64,000 bases of DNA from Burkholderiales bacterium. GTDB taxonomy: Bacteria; Pseudomonadota; Gammaproteobacteria; Burkholderiales; Casimicrobiaceae. The stretch spans positions 14,747 to 78,746 of the forward strand of contig JAICXH010000001.1 in the NCBI GenBank assembly GCA_025981645.1, in the 5' to 3' direction. Of the stretch, positions 47,102 through 55,250 are shown one piece after another (the stretch's first letter is position 1; the number at the start of each line of letters is the position of its first letter). The position numbers and the translations under genes were made by a program. Under the pieces are notes generated by a model, which searched no databases, was not told the DNA's origin, and saw only the letters and a program-made list of their open reading frames with translations.

Positions 47102-47566
47102 GTGCCGAAGTGCCGGATGTGCAGTCAGGAAGTGAATTCGCGCGGCAGGATCTGCCAGGAGTGCGAGTGGGAGTTCGAGTCGGCGCGCGCCTGGGCCGAA
47201 GCGCAGGACGCGCGCGACGCCGCCGTCGCGACGGTCGCCGGCCAGGCGGTGCGAGCGCCGGCGGACGCGTTCGACGAAGCGGATGACGCGGCCGCGAGCG
47301 CACTGCCGAATTCGGGCGGGGCCGCGACGCCCGACGTCGTGCATGGTGCGGCGGATACATCGTACAATTTGTGGCGCACAAGACGAGGTGCCGCGCTGCT
47401 GCTCGCGATTGCCGGGTCAGCGGTTCTCGTCGGGTTCGCTTCGCTCGGTCCGGCGGCGCTGCCCGCGCAAGCGCACCGGTCGGTCATGGATCGGCAACCG
47501 GGTATGCTGCCGCCTTGCCGCGACGCCGCCCCGGTCCACTCATGCCTCCCATTACCACCGCGCTGA
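47102..47566 (+). CDS. Zn-ribbon / TM protein (related architecture, paralog C)
   Basis: SD AAGGAG, GTG start, KCRMC...GRICQEC, acidic linker and one TM. It overlaps the rhomboid start. Confidence 0.62.
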   Translation: MPKCRMCSQEVNSRGRICQECEWEFESARAWAEAQDARDAAVATVAGQAVRAPADAFDEADDAAASALPNSGGAATPDVVHGAADTSYNLWRTRRGAALLLAIAGSAVLVGFASLGPAALPAQAHRSVMDRQPGMLPPCRDAAPVHSCLPLPPR

Positions 47567-48138
47567 TCGTCGCCAATGTCGCCGTCTTCCTGCTCCAATC
47601 GGTACTACCAGGCCTGATTATCCCGTTCGCGCTGTGGCCGCTCGGCGCAGCGCAGACAGGTCAGGGCGTCGCCTTCCTGCCCTGGCAGCTCATTACCTAC
47701 GCGTTTCTCCACGGAAGCCTGCTCCACCTCGGCTTCAACATGTTCGCGCTGTACATGTTCGGCAGCCCGATCGAGCAGGTGTTCGGCACGCGGCGCTATC
47801 TTCTCTACTATTTCGTCTGCGTGCTGTCGGCGGCGGCGACGCAGCTCGTCTTCGCGGCGGTGACCGGAGGCATCTATCCGACGATCGGCGCCTCGGGGGG
47901 CATCTTCGGGCTCCTGCTCGCCTACGCGAAGTTCTTCCCACACAATCGGATCATGCTGCTGTTTCCGCCGATCCCGATGTCGGCGCGCGTGTTCGTGTTC
48001 GGCTATGCTGCACTCGAGCTTTTCCTCGGCGTTACCGGCACCCAGGAAGGGGTCGCGCACTTCGCGCACCTCGGCGGAATGATCGGTGGCTTCGCGCTGC
48101 TCTACTTCTGGGGTGGAGGGCGCTGGCGAAGACGCTGA
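47542..48138 (+). CDS. rhomboid family intramembrane serine protease
   Basis: WQLITYAFLHG..HL.FNM, GASGG, AHFAHLGG. Confidence 0.93.
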   Translation: MPPITTALIVANVAVFLLQSVLPGLIIPFALWPLGAAQTGQGVAFLPWQLITYAFLHGSLLHLGFNMFALYMFGSPIEQVFGTRRYLLYYFVCVLSAAATQLVFAAVTGGIYPTIGASGGIFGLLLAYAKFFPHNRIMLLFPPIPMSARVFVFGYAALELFLGVTGTQEGVAHFAHLGGMIGGFALLYFWGGGRWRRR

Positions 48139-48150
48139 ACGGAGGGGGTC

Positions 48151-49275
48151 ATGCGACGCGATCCGTTTCCGCGGCACCGGCACCGATGCGGGTGCTGCCC
48201 CATCGTTCCACCCGAGCTCCTGCGGCGCATCGCACAGAACGGAACGAAGCCGCAGCGCGAGGCGGCGCTCGCGACGCTCGCCACCGACCACAGCCTGCGC
48301 TTCGCGCGCGCGACCGCGCAGCTTCTGGGCGGCCCCGCGCGCAGGATCACGCTCGCTGCCGCCGAGTTCGTGCCGTATCGGACGATCTTCGACGCCGGAC
48401 ATCGCGAGGCGCTTCCGGGCAAGGCAGTTCGCGTCGAGGGCCAACGCGCGCCGCGCGATGTCGAGGTCAATGAGGCCTACGATGGGCTCGGCGCGACGTT
48501 CGCTTTCTACGCCGACGTGTACGACCGAAACTCGATCGACGATGCCGGCATGCCGCTCGACGCCAGCGTCCATTATGGCGTGCGCTACGACAACGCGTTC
48601 TGGAACGGGCGGCAGATGGTGTTCGGCGACGGCGACGGCGAGATCTTCAACCGTTTTACTGCATCCCTCGACGTCATCGGCCACGAGCTCACGCACGGCG
48701 TTACCGCCGACGAGGCCAACCTCGTCTACCTCGGACAGGCCGGGGCGTTGAACGAGTCGATCTCCGACGCGTTCGGCTCGCTCGTCAAGCAGTACAAGCT
48801 CGGGCAGACTGCCGCCGAGGCCGACTGGCTGATCGGCGAGGGGCTGTTCACGCGCCGCGTCAAGGGCGTCGCGCTGCGCTCGATGAAGGCGCCGGGAACC
48901 GCATTCGACGATCCGGTGCTTGGCAAGGACGATCAGCCTGCGACGATGAAGGGTTATGTCCATACGACCGCCGACAACGGTGGCGTGCACACCAACTCGG
49001 GGATACCGAACCACGCGTTCTACCTCACGGCGATCGCGCTCGGTGGCCACGCCTGGGAGGTCGCCGGACGCATCTGGTACGAGACGCTGCGCGACCGGCG
49101 GTTGAAGGCCAACGCGACGTTTCGCCAGTTCGCCGTCCTGACCGTGACGACTGCCGCGCAGGGCTTCGGCGCCGCCGAAGGGAAGGCGGTCGCAGCCGCG
49201 TGGCAGGGTGTCGGCATCGACGCGTCGATGGGCTCGCGGCGCCTGGCGCGGCGCGGCGACCGCGGGGCGCCGTGA
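48151..49275 (+). CDS. protealysin-like M4 metalloprotease
   Basis: Short propeptide CPIVPPELLRRIA, NAFWNG, HELTH, GALNESISD, DNGGVHTNSGIPN. Confidence 0.94.
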   Translation: MRRDPFPRHRHRCGCCPIVPPELLRRIAQNGTKPQREAALATLATDHSLRFARATAQLLGGPARRITLAAAEFVPYRTIFDAGHREALPGKAVRVEGQRAPRDVEVNEAYDGLGATFAFYADVYDRNSIDDAGMPLDASVHYGVRYDNAFWNGRQMVFGDGDGEIFNRFTASLDVIGHELTHGVTADEANLVYLGQAGALNESISDAFGSLVKQYKLGQTAAEADWLIGEGLFTRRVKGVALRSMKAPGTAFDDPVLGKDDQPATMKGYVHTTADNGGVHTNSGIPNHAFYLTAIALGGHAWEVAGRIWYETLRDRRLKANATFRQFAVLTVTTAAQGFGAAEGKAVAAAWQGVGIDASMGSRRLARRGDRGAP

Positions 49276-49601
49276 GCCTTCGCATCGACTTCGGCATCGA
49301 AGGCGGCTTCGCCGCATTGCCGGGGCTTGCGAAGCCGCTTCGCATCGATTGTGCCGATCTTTCGAAGGAGGAGGCGGCAAGGATCGAGGCGCTCGTTCGG
49401 CGGGCGGACATCTTTCACCTGCGTCTGCCTGCCCACGTCGCTTCGATTCCGGATGCGCGCACCTACACGATCGGCGTCGACGACGGTTCGCAGCACCGCA
49501 GGCTGCGCGTCGAGGAGCCGATCGCCGACGACGCGATGCGCGAGCTCGTCGCCGAGCTTCGTGGACACGCGGCGCGGCTTCGCCGCGCAGGCACGTCATG
49601 A
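49272..49601 (+). CDS. emfourin (M4in) protealysin inhibitor
   Basis: GTGA overlap with the protease stop. EGGFAALPGL and PDARTYTI motifs. Confidence 0.85.
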   Translation: MSLRIDFGIEGGFAALPGLAKPLRIDCADLSKEEAARIEALVRRADIFHLRLPAHVASIPDARTYTIGVDDGSQHRRLRVEEPIADDAMRELVAELRGHAARLRRAGTS

Positions 49602-49645
49602 GGCCGGCCCGCGATGAGGACCGGCGTGCTGGCAGCGTCCCGGCG

Positions 49646-50296
49646 ATGAGGTGGTGTGTTGCCGTGGCGCTCGTCGCGCTCGCCTGTTGCGGATGCGCGA
49701 CGATGGCGGTTCCCCCGCAACCGGTGGAGGGCAAGCCGCTCGACGCGTTCTACGACGAGCTGAAGGCCGATCTGCAGCAGGTGCACTGGCGCCTGCGCGG
49801 CGGCGCCTCCTGCGGCAGCGACGCCGAGCGCGAGATCGACCTTCGCAATGCAAGCGTCACGCTGTCGATGCGGCGGGTCGCCGAGGCGACCGTCGACGGC
49901 GTGCTGAAGCTCGTCGCCGTCCCGCTCGCCGGCGTCGCGGTCGCTCCGGCGCTCGAGGCGCAGGCGACGCGCCGGTCGGTGCAGGACCTCACGCTGAAGC
50001 TCGACGTCGACGGCGCCGTCCCGGTGTATACGCCGGGCAGCGCGCCCGAAGCGCAATCGGCGCTTGCGCGAACGCTCAACGCCGCGATCGATGCGTTCAT
50101 GCGGTCGAGCGCGTCCCAGCCGTGCATCCGTCTCGCCGGGCTCAAGCTGCAGGTCGTGCTCGACGTCCAGCGCGATGCCGGAGGCGGCTTTCGCATCGTG
50201 GTGCCGCCGGCGTCGCTGTCCGGGGAGCTCGCGCGGCAGGACGTCAACACGCTTACCGTCGCCTGGGACAAGATCGAATCGAACGCGCTCCGCTGA
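49646..50296 (+). CDS. lipoprotein with two tandem Trypco2-like repeats
   Basis: Lipobox-like ACCGC and two helix/beta-hairpin units each ending in LT(L/V). An alternative ATG at 49598 overlaps the emfourin stop. The domain call is by eye. Confidence 0.6.
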   Translation: MRWCVAVALVALACCGCATMAVPPQPVEGKPLDAFYDELKADLQQVHWRLRGGASCGSDAEREIDLRNASVTLSMRRVAEATVDGVLKLVAVPLAGVAVAPALEAQATRRSVQDLTLKLDVDGAVPVYTPGSAPEAQSALARTLNAAIDAFMRSSASQPCIRLAGLKLQVVLDVQRDAGGGFRIVVPPASLSGELARQDVNTLTVAWDKIESNALR

Positions 50297-50337
50297 GGTA
50301 TCCTTGCGCCGTTGCCGGGGCTTCGGAGGTTGCGGCC

Positions 50338-50763
50338 ATGCCGATACGCTCGTTGCGGTCGATCGTCGCGGGGCAGACGCTCGTCACGGTGTCCGGCGCG
50401 GCGACGGTGGCCGATGCGGCACGCACGATGAAGCGCCACAACGTCGGCGCGCTGCTGGTCGTCGAGCACACGCGGCTCGTGGGCATCTTCACCGAGCGCG
50501 ATGCGCTGTTTCGCGTGCTTGCCGAAGGACGCAGCCCGGCGCTGACGCGGGTCGAGGACGTGATGACCACGCAGCCGCAGACGATCCATCCGGACGAGCC
50601 GTTCGTGCATGCGCTGCGCACGATGCACGAAGGCAAGTTCCGCCATCTGCCGGTCGTCGAGTTCGAGCGCCCGCTCGGCATGGTATCGGTCCGCGATGCG
50701 CTCGACGAGGACCTCGACGAGCTGCGCGTCGACCTCGTGCAGCGTGCCGTGAACCACGACTGA
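50338..50763 (+). CDS. CBS domain pair protein
   Basis: LVGIFTERD, FRHLPVV, GMVSVRD. Confidence 0.9.
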   Translation: MPIRSLRSIVAGQTLVTVSGAATVADAARTMKRHNVGALLVVEHTRLVGIFTERDALFRVLAEGRSPALTRVEDVMTTQPQTIHPDEPFVHALRTMHEGKFRHLPVVEFERPLGMVSVRDALDEDLDELRVDLVQRAVNHD

Positions 50764-50786
50764 ACGATGGTCGACAGAAGGGGGCG

Positions 50787-50996
50787 ATGATGAGTGAAAG
50801 CACCTACAAGCTGGTCGAGCTCGTCGGGACGTCGCCGGCGGGAACCGACGACGCGATCCGCAACGCGATTGCCAAGGCGTCGGCGACGATCAAGCACATC
50901 GACTGGTACCAGGTGATGGAGTCGCGCGGCCACGTCGTCGACGGGCGCATCATGCACTTCCAGGTGACCCTGAAGGTCGGCTTCCGCATCGATTGA
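50787..50996 (+). CDS. dodecin (flavin-binding)
   Basis: YKLVELVGTS, DAIRNAI, FQVTLKVGFRI. Confidence 0.93.
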   Translation: MMSESTYKLVELVGTSPAGTDDAIRNAIAKASATIKHIDWYQVMESRGHVVDGRIMHFQVTLKVGFRID

Positions 50997-51069
50997 CGTC
51001 TGGTCGGCGGCGCCGGCGCCGCAAGCCGTTCCGCCGGCTTCGCGGGCATCCACCGCAATGCGATGCTAG

Positions 51070-51086
51070 TATATGCATTGCATATA
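51070..51086. promoter_or_regulatory. perfect AT-rich palindrome, putative operator of the PadR-fusion regulator
   Basis: TATATGCA-T-TGCATATA, ending 10 nt before the ATG at 51097. Confidence 0.75.
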
Positions 51087-51096
51087 GTGGAAAGCG

Positions 51097-52287
51097 ATGG
51101 ATCCGATCGACCCCCTGCTTGCGTTGCTCGCCCGCGGCCCTGCGCACGGCTATGCGCTGAAGCGCTGGATCGACCGCCACCTCGACCCCTTCTGGCGCAT
51201 CGACTACGGCCAGCTCTACCGCGTGCTGCGCCGCGCAGCAGCGCGCGGCCTGATTGCCGCGGTGCGGCGCGAGGCGAGTCCGCGGGGGCCCTCGCGCGTC
51301 GTGTACGGACTCAACCCGGCCGGGCGCGGGCGGCTATCCGTCTGGCTCGCCGAGCCCGCAGCGAGTGACGACGAGTTGATGGTGAAGCTCGCTTTCGCCG
51401 CCGCCAATCGCTCGCGGCTTCGCCGTGTCGCGCGGGCCAATCACGAAGCCGTCGCGGCGCGGGACGAGGCAGCTCGTCGCGCCCGCGGTGAGGCAGCCGC
51501 GCACGGTGACGCGTCGGCGCAATTCGCCGGGGCGGCACGCTGCAGGCGCAGCGACGCGACCGAGGCGTCGCTCGCTGCGGTGCGCGAGCTCGTCGTCGCC
51601 GGAAGCGACGATCCGTTGCTCGCGCGTGCCTGCGCCGCCGTCGCGGTGGCGACGCGCATGCTCGGAAGCTTCGGCGGGCTGTGGGCACTGCAACGCGGCG
51701 ACGCCGACGTCGCGGCGCTGCACCTGTGCGACGCCGACGGTGACGAGTACAACGTTTCCTACCTGCGAAATCTGCTGCCCGAGGGCGACTGGGTGCTGGT
51801 GAACGTCGCGTGGCGGGAGAACGGCCTCATCGTCGGGCGCGGCAATCCGCGCGGGGTCCGCGGCGTGGCTGACCTCGTTCGCGGCGATCTGCGCTTCGTC
51901 AACCGGATGCGCGACGCCGGAACGCGCCTGCTGCTGCTGCGCACGCTGCGCCGCGCCGGGATCGACGCTGCCGCGGTCGCCGGCTGGGAGCGTGCGGTAC
52001 CGGCGCACGCCGACGTCGCACGGGCGGTGGAAGGCGGCGGCGCCGACGTCGGGCCGGGGCTGCGCGCCGTCGCACGCGCCGCGGATCTCGGATTCATCCC
52101 GCTCGCGAGCGAGCGCTACGATCTCGCGTTCTCGCGCCGGGCCTTCGAGTCGAAGACCGGCCAACGCCTCGTCGCCGAATTGCGACGCCTGTCGTCGCAC
52201 CGGGGTGGCAATGGATTGGCAGGCTACGACCTGCGCGACTGCGGCCGCGCCATCGCGACGTCGCATCCGACGCAGCGCGCAGTCTAA
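51097..52287 (+). CDS. PadR-type wHTH fused to a molybdate/tungstate-binding PBP-like domain, transcriptional regulator
   Basis: N-terminal GPAHGYAL...GQLYRVL...R.VY.L...GR (PadR). C-terminal GSDDP, GSFGGL.AL..G.AD.A..H, FVNR..AGTR.L, AD.G.G, FIPL..ERYDL. Confidence 0.85.
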   Translation: MDPIDPLLALLARGPAHGYALKRWIDRHLDPFWRIDYGQLYRVLRRAAARGLIAAVRREASPRGPSRVVYGLNPAGRGRLSVWLAEPAASDDELMVKLAFAAANRSRLRRVARANHEAVAARDEAARRARGEAAAHGDASAQFAGAARCRRSDATEASLAAVRELVVAGSDDPLLARACAAVAVATRMLGSFGGLWALQRGDADVAALHLCDADGDEYNVSYLRNLLPEGDWVLVNVAWRENGLIVGRGNPRGVRGVADLVRGDLRFVNRMRDAGTRLLLLRTLRRAGIDAAAVAGWERAVPAHADVARAVEGGGADVGPGLRAVARAADLGFIPLASERYDLAFSRRAFESKTGQRLVAELRRLSSHRGGNGLAGYDLRDCGRAIATSHPTQRAV

Positions 52288-52321
52288 AGAGCCGACCACC
52301 GCAAACAGGAGGAACCGAAGC

Positions 52322-53302
52322 ATGAACGATCGACGCCGGCACATCATTAACGTCGCGGGCTGCCTCGCTATGGCACTGGTGCTTCCAGCCATTCCCGCTA
52401 CCGGCGTGGCCGCCGAGCCGGTGAAGCTCACCGTGTACGCCGCCGGCACGCTGGCGCAGCCGTTTACCGAGATGGCGCGTGCGTTCGAGAAGACGCATGC
52501 GGGCATCGTCGTGCAACCGCAGTTTGGCGGCAGCGTGAAGATGGTCAAGAAGGTGACGGTGCTGAAGGAGCCCGCCGACGTCGTTGCCGTCGCCGACTAC
52601 ACGGTGATTCCGAAGTACATGTTCGGTGCCGACGGCGACCCGGCGCTTGCCACCTGGTACGCGGGATTCGTCGGCAACGCGATCACGTTCATCTACACAC
52701 CGAAGAGCAAATTCGCGAAGGACATCGATGCCGCCAACTGGTACGAGGTGCTCGCGCGGCCCGGCGTGGAGATCGGCCGTTCCAATCCCGACACCGATCC
52801 GTCCGGTTACCAGACCCTGCAGATGCTCGGCCTCGCCGCGGCGCATTACCACCGGCCGGGGCTCACCGAGGCGATCCTCAGGAACGCCCCCGAGACCAAC
52901 ATCCGCGACACCGAGACCGACCTCATCTCGGCTTTGCAGCTCGGCCAGATCGACTACCTCGCGATCTACCGCTCGGACGCGCTGCAGCATCATTTCCAGT
53001 ACCTGAAGCTTCCGAGCGAGATCGACCTCAGCAATCCGCAGTATGCGGCCGACTATGCGAAGGTCGTCGTGCACACGAAAAGCGGCGCGTTGACCGCGAA
53101 GCCGATCGTCTACGCGATCACCATTCCGACCAATGCACCTCACGCCGCCGCGGCGGCACAGTTCGTCGCGTTCGTCCTCGGCCCGGAAGGCCGCGCGATC
53201 TCCGAGCGCAACGGCTTCCGTTCGCTGTCGCCGGCCTGGGCCATGCACCGCGACCGGATGCCCGCGCCGCTGCGCGGGCTGGCGCGCGATTGGACCGAGT
53301 AG
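52322..53302 (+). CDS. wtpA: tungstate/molybdate ABC substrate-binding protein, WtpA type
   Basis: AAGTL, ADVVAVADY..IP, NWYEVL, SNPDTDPSGY, RDTETDL, LP.EIDLS, PIVYAITIP. SD AGGAGG. Confidence 0.85.
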   Translation: MNDRRRHIINVAGCLAMALVLPAIPATGVAAEPVKLTVYAAGTLAQPFTEMARAFEKTHAGIVVQPQFGGSVKMVKKVTVLKEPADVVAVADYTVIPKYMFGADGDPALATWYAGFVGNAITFIYTPKSKFAKDIDAANWYEVLARPGVEIGRSNPDTDPSGYQTLQMLGLAAAHYHRPGLTEAILRNAPETNIRDTETDLISALQLGQIDYLAIYRSDALQHHFQYLKLPSEIDLSNPQYAADYAKVVVHTKSGALTAKPIVYAITIPTNAPHAAAAAQFVAFVLGPEGRAISERNGFRSLSPAWAMHRDRMPAPLRGLARDWTE

Positions 53303-53311
53303 CGGGACGTG

Positions 53312-54112
53312 ATGCGCCGCTCGGCGCTGTTTCTGCTGTTCTGGCTCGCGGGGAGTCTCGCGCTCGCCTTCACCGTCATCCCGCTCGTCGAGCTCGTCGC
53401 CGAGCCGGGCGTCGCCGGCGTCGTGCGCGCGGCGCAGCTTCCGGACGTGCGCTCGGCGATCGGCTTGAGCCTCGGGGCGGCCGCAGTCACCGCCGCGATC
53501 GCGACGGCGATCGGCGTTCCGCTCGCGTGGGTGCTGGCCGGGCGGCGCTTCCCCGGCAAGGGCCTCGTCGAAGCGGTGATCGACCTGCCGCTCACCGTTC
53601 CGCACACGGTTGCCGGGATCGCGCTGTTGCTCGCGTTCGGCCGCGAAGGCGTGCTCGGCGCGCCCGCTGCCCAATGGTTCGGGCTGCGCTTCTGGGGGAC
53701 GTTCGCGGGGATCGTCGTCGCGATGCTGTTCGTCAGCCTGCCGTACCTCGTCAACGCGGCGCGGATCGGCTTCGAGGAGGGTGTCGACCCGCATCTCGTC
53801 AAGGTGGCGCGCACGCTCGGCGCGCGGCCCGGGCGTGTGTTCGTGCGCATTGCCCTTCCGCTCGCGTGGCGCGGGATCATGGCGGGAATCACCCTCACGT
53901 TCGCGCGTGCGATCAGCGAATTCGCGGCGGTGGCGATGCTCGCCTACTATCCGATGACGGCGCCGATCAGGATCTACGAGATGTTCCTGCGCTTCGGACT
54001 CGGCGACTCCGTCGGCGCCGCGGTTCTCTTCCTCGTCATCGTGCTTGTGCTGTTCGTCGTTCTGCGCCACTTCGCGTTCGGGCGCGCCGGCCAGCGGGGC
54101 TTCGGCCGGTGA
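53312..54112 (+). CDS. wtpB: tungstate/molybdate ABC permease
   Basis: IDLPLTVPHTVAGIALL, ARTLGA, ARAISEF. Confidence 0.85.
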   Translation: MRRSALFLLFWLAGSLALAFTVIPLVELVAEPGVAGVVRAAQLPDVRSAIGLSLGAAAVTAAIATAIGVPLAWVLAGRRFPGKGLVEAVIDLPLTVPHTVAGIALLLAFGREGVLGAPAAQWFGLRFWGTFAGIVVAMLFVSLPYLVNAARIGFEEGVDPHLVKVARTLGARPGRVFVRIALPLAWRGIMAGITLTFARAISEFAAVAMLAYYPMTAPIRIYEMFLRFGLGDSVGAAVLFLVIVLVLFVVLRHFAFGRAGQRGFGR

Positions 54113-55203
54113 ACAGCGACGGCCTTCGCCTCACCGGCGTCGCGCTGAGGCTGGGTGCGTTCGCGCTCGCCGACGTGTCGCTCGCTGCGGACCGCGGCGA
54201 GGTGCTGGTGCTGCTCGGCCCCAATGGCGCCGGCAAGAGCGTGCTGCTCGAGACCGTCGCGGGGTTCCACCGACCGCTGCGCGGCCGCGTCGAGATCGGC
54301 GTCCGTGACGTGACGAGATTGGTGCCCGAGGCCCGCCGCGTCGCCTACGTGCTCCAGAATTTCGCGCTGTTCCCGCACCTCAGCGTCGCGCAGAACGTCG
54401 CGTTCGGTGCGATGCACGGCACCGGCAACCGTGCATCGCGGCACGGCGCGCGCGCCCGGCGCGTCGCGTCGCTGATCGAGCGCTTCGGTCTTGGCGCGCA
54501 TGCGGACCGGCGGCCGGCTGCGCTGTCAGGGGGCGAGAAACAGCGCGTCGCGCTCGCGCGGGCACTCGCCACCGACCCCGAGCTCTTCCTCTTCGACGAG
54601 CCGTTCTCGGCGCTCGACGCACTGACGCGCGATGCGCTGCGCGACGAGCTTGCGTCGTTCCTTCGCGAAGCGAAGTTGCCGGCACTCTACGTCACGCACG
54701 ACCATGCCGAGGCACAGGCGCTCGCCGACCGCGTCGCGATTGTCGATGGCGGCAGGATCGTCCAGCTCGGTGCAGCCGCGAAAGTGTTCGCGGCACCGCG
54801 CAACGCACGCGCGGCGCGGCTCCTCGGTGTCGAGAACGTCCTCGACGGGGTCGTGCGTGCGCACGCTGCGGGCAGCGCGATCGAGATCGGCGCACCGCCC
54901 GCATTCTTCGTCCCGCTCGACGCGGGTCGAGCGCCGATCGGGTCGAAGGTCGCGGTGAGCCTGCGCGCATCCGATCTCGCGCTGGGCCCGCCGGGTATCG
55001 CGGCGATGGCGGGCGAGGTTGCGTTCGACGCAACCGTGCGTCACGTCGCGCAGCAGGGACCGCTCACGCGCCTGCGCTGCGACGCCGGTGTCGCGATCGT
55101 CGCCTGGGCGACGAGCGCGCAGTTGCGCGCACTCGCGATCGCCCCCGAGACAAGGATCGGCATGCGCTGTCCACAGGACGCGTTCCATCTGCTCGAAGGA
55201 TGA
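54109..55203 (+). CDS. wtpC: tungstate/molybdate ABC ATPase with C-terminal TOBE-like region
   Basis: GPNGAGKS, LSGGEKQR, DEPFSALD, VTHD. GTGA overlap. Confidence 0.85.
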   Translation: MNSDGLRLTGVALRLGAFALADVSLAADRGEVLVLLGPNGAGKSVLLETVAGFHRPLRGRVEIGVRDVTRLVPEARRVAYVLQNFALFPHLSVAQNVAFGAMHGTGNRASRHGARARRVASLIERFGLGAHADRRPAALSGGEKQRVALARALATDPELFLFDEPFSALDALTRDALRDELASFLREAKLPALYVTHDHAEAQALADRVAIVDGGRIVQLGAAAKVFAAPRNARAARLLGVENVLDGVVRAHAAGSAIEIGAPPAFFVPLDAGRAPIGSKVAVSLRASDLALGPPGIAAMAGEVAFDATVRHVAQQGPLTRLRCDAGVAIVAWATSAQLRALAIAPETRIGMRCPQDAFHLLEG

Positions 55204-55250
55204 CGCCGGTCGACCCGGTCCTACTCAAAGGTCGGGAAGCGTCTGCGCAC

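Noticed and set aside
50997-52321. Moco/Wco riboswitch or ModE box controlling wtpABC
   Set aside because: The intergenic spaces are too short for the riboswitch, and the palindrome does not match the ModE consensus.
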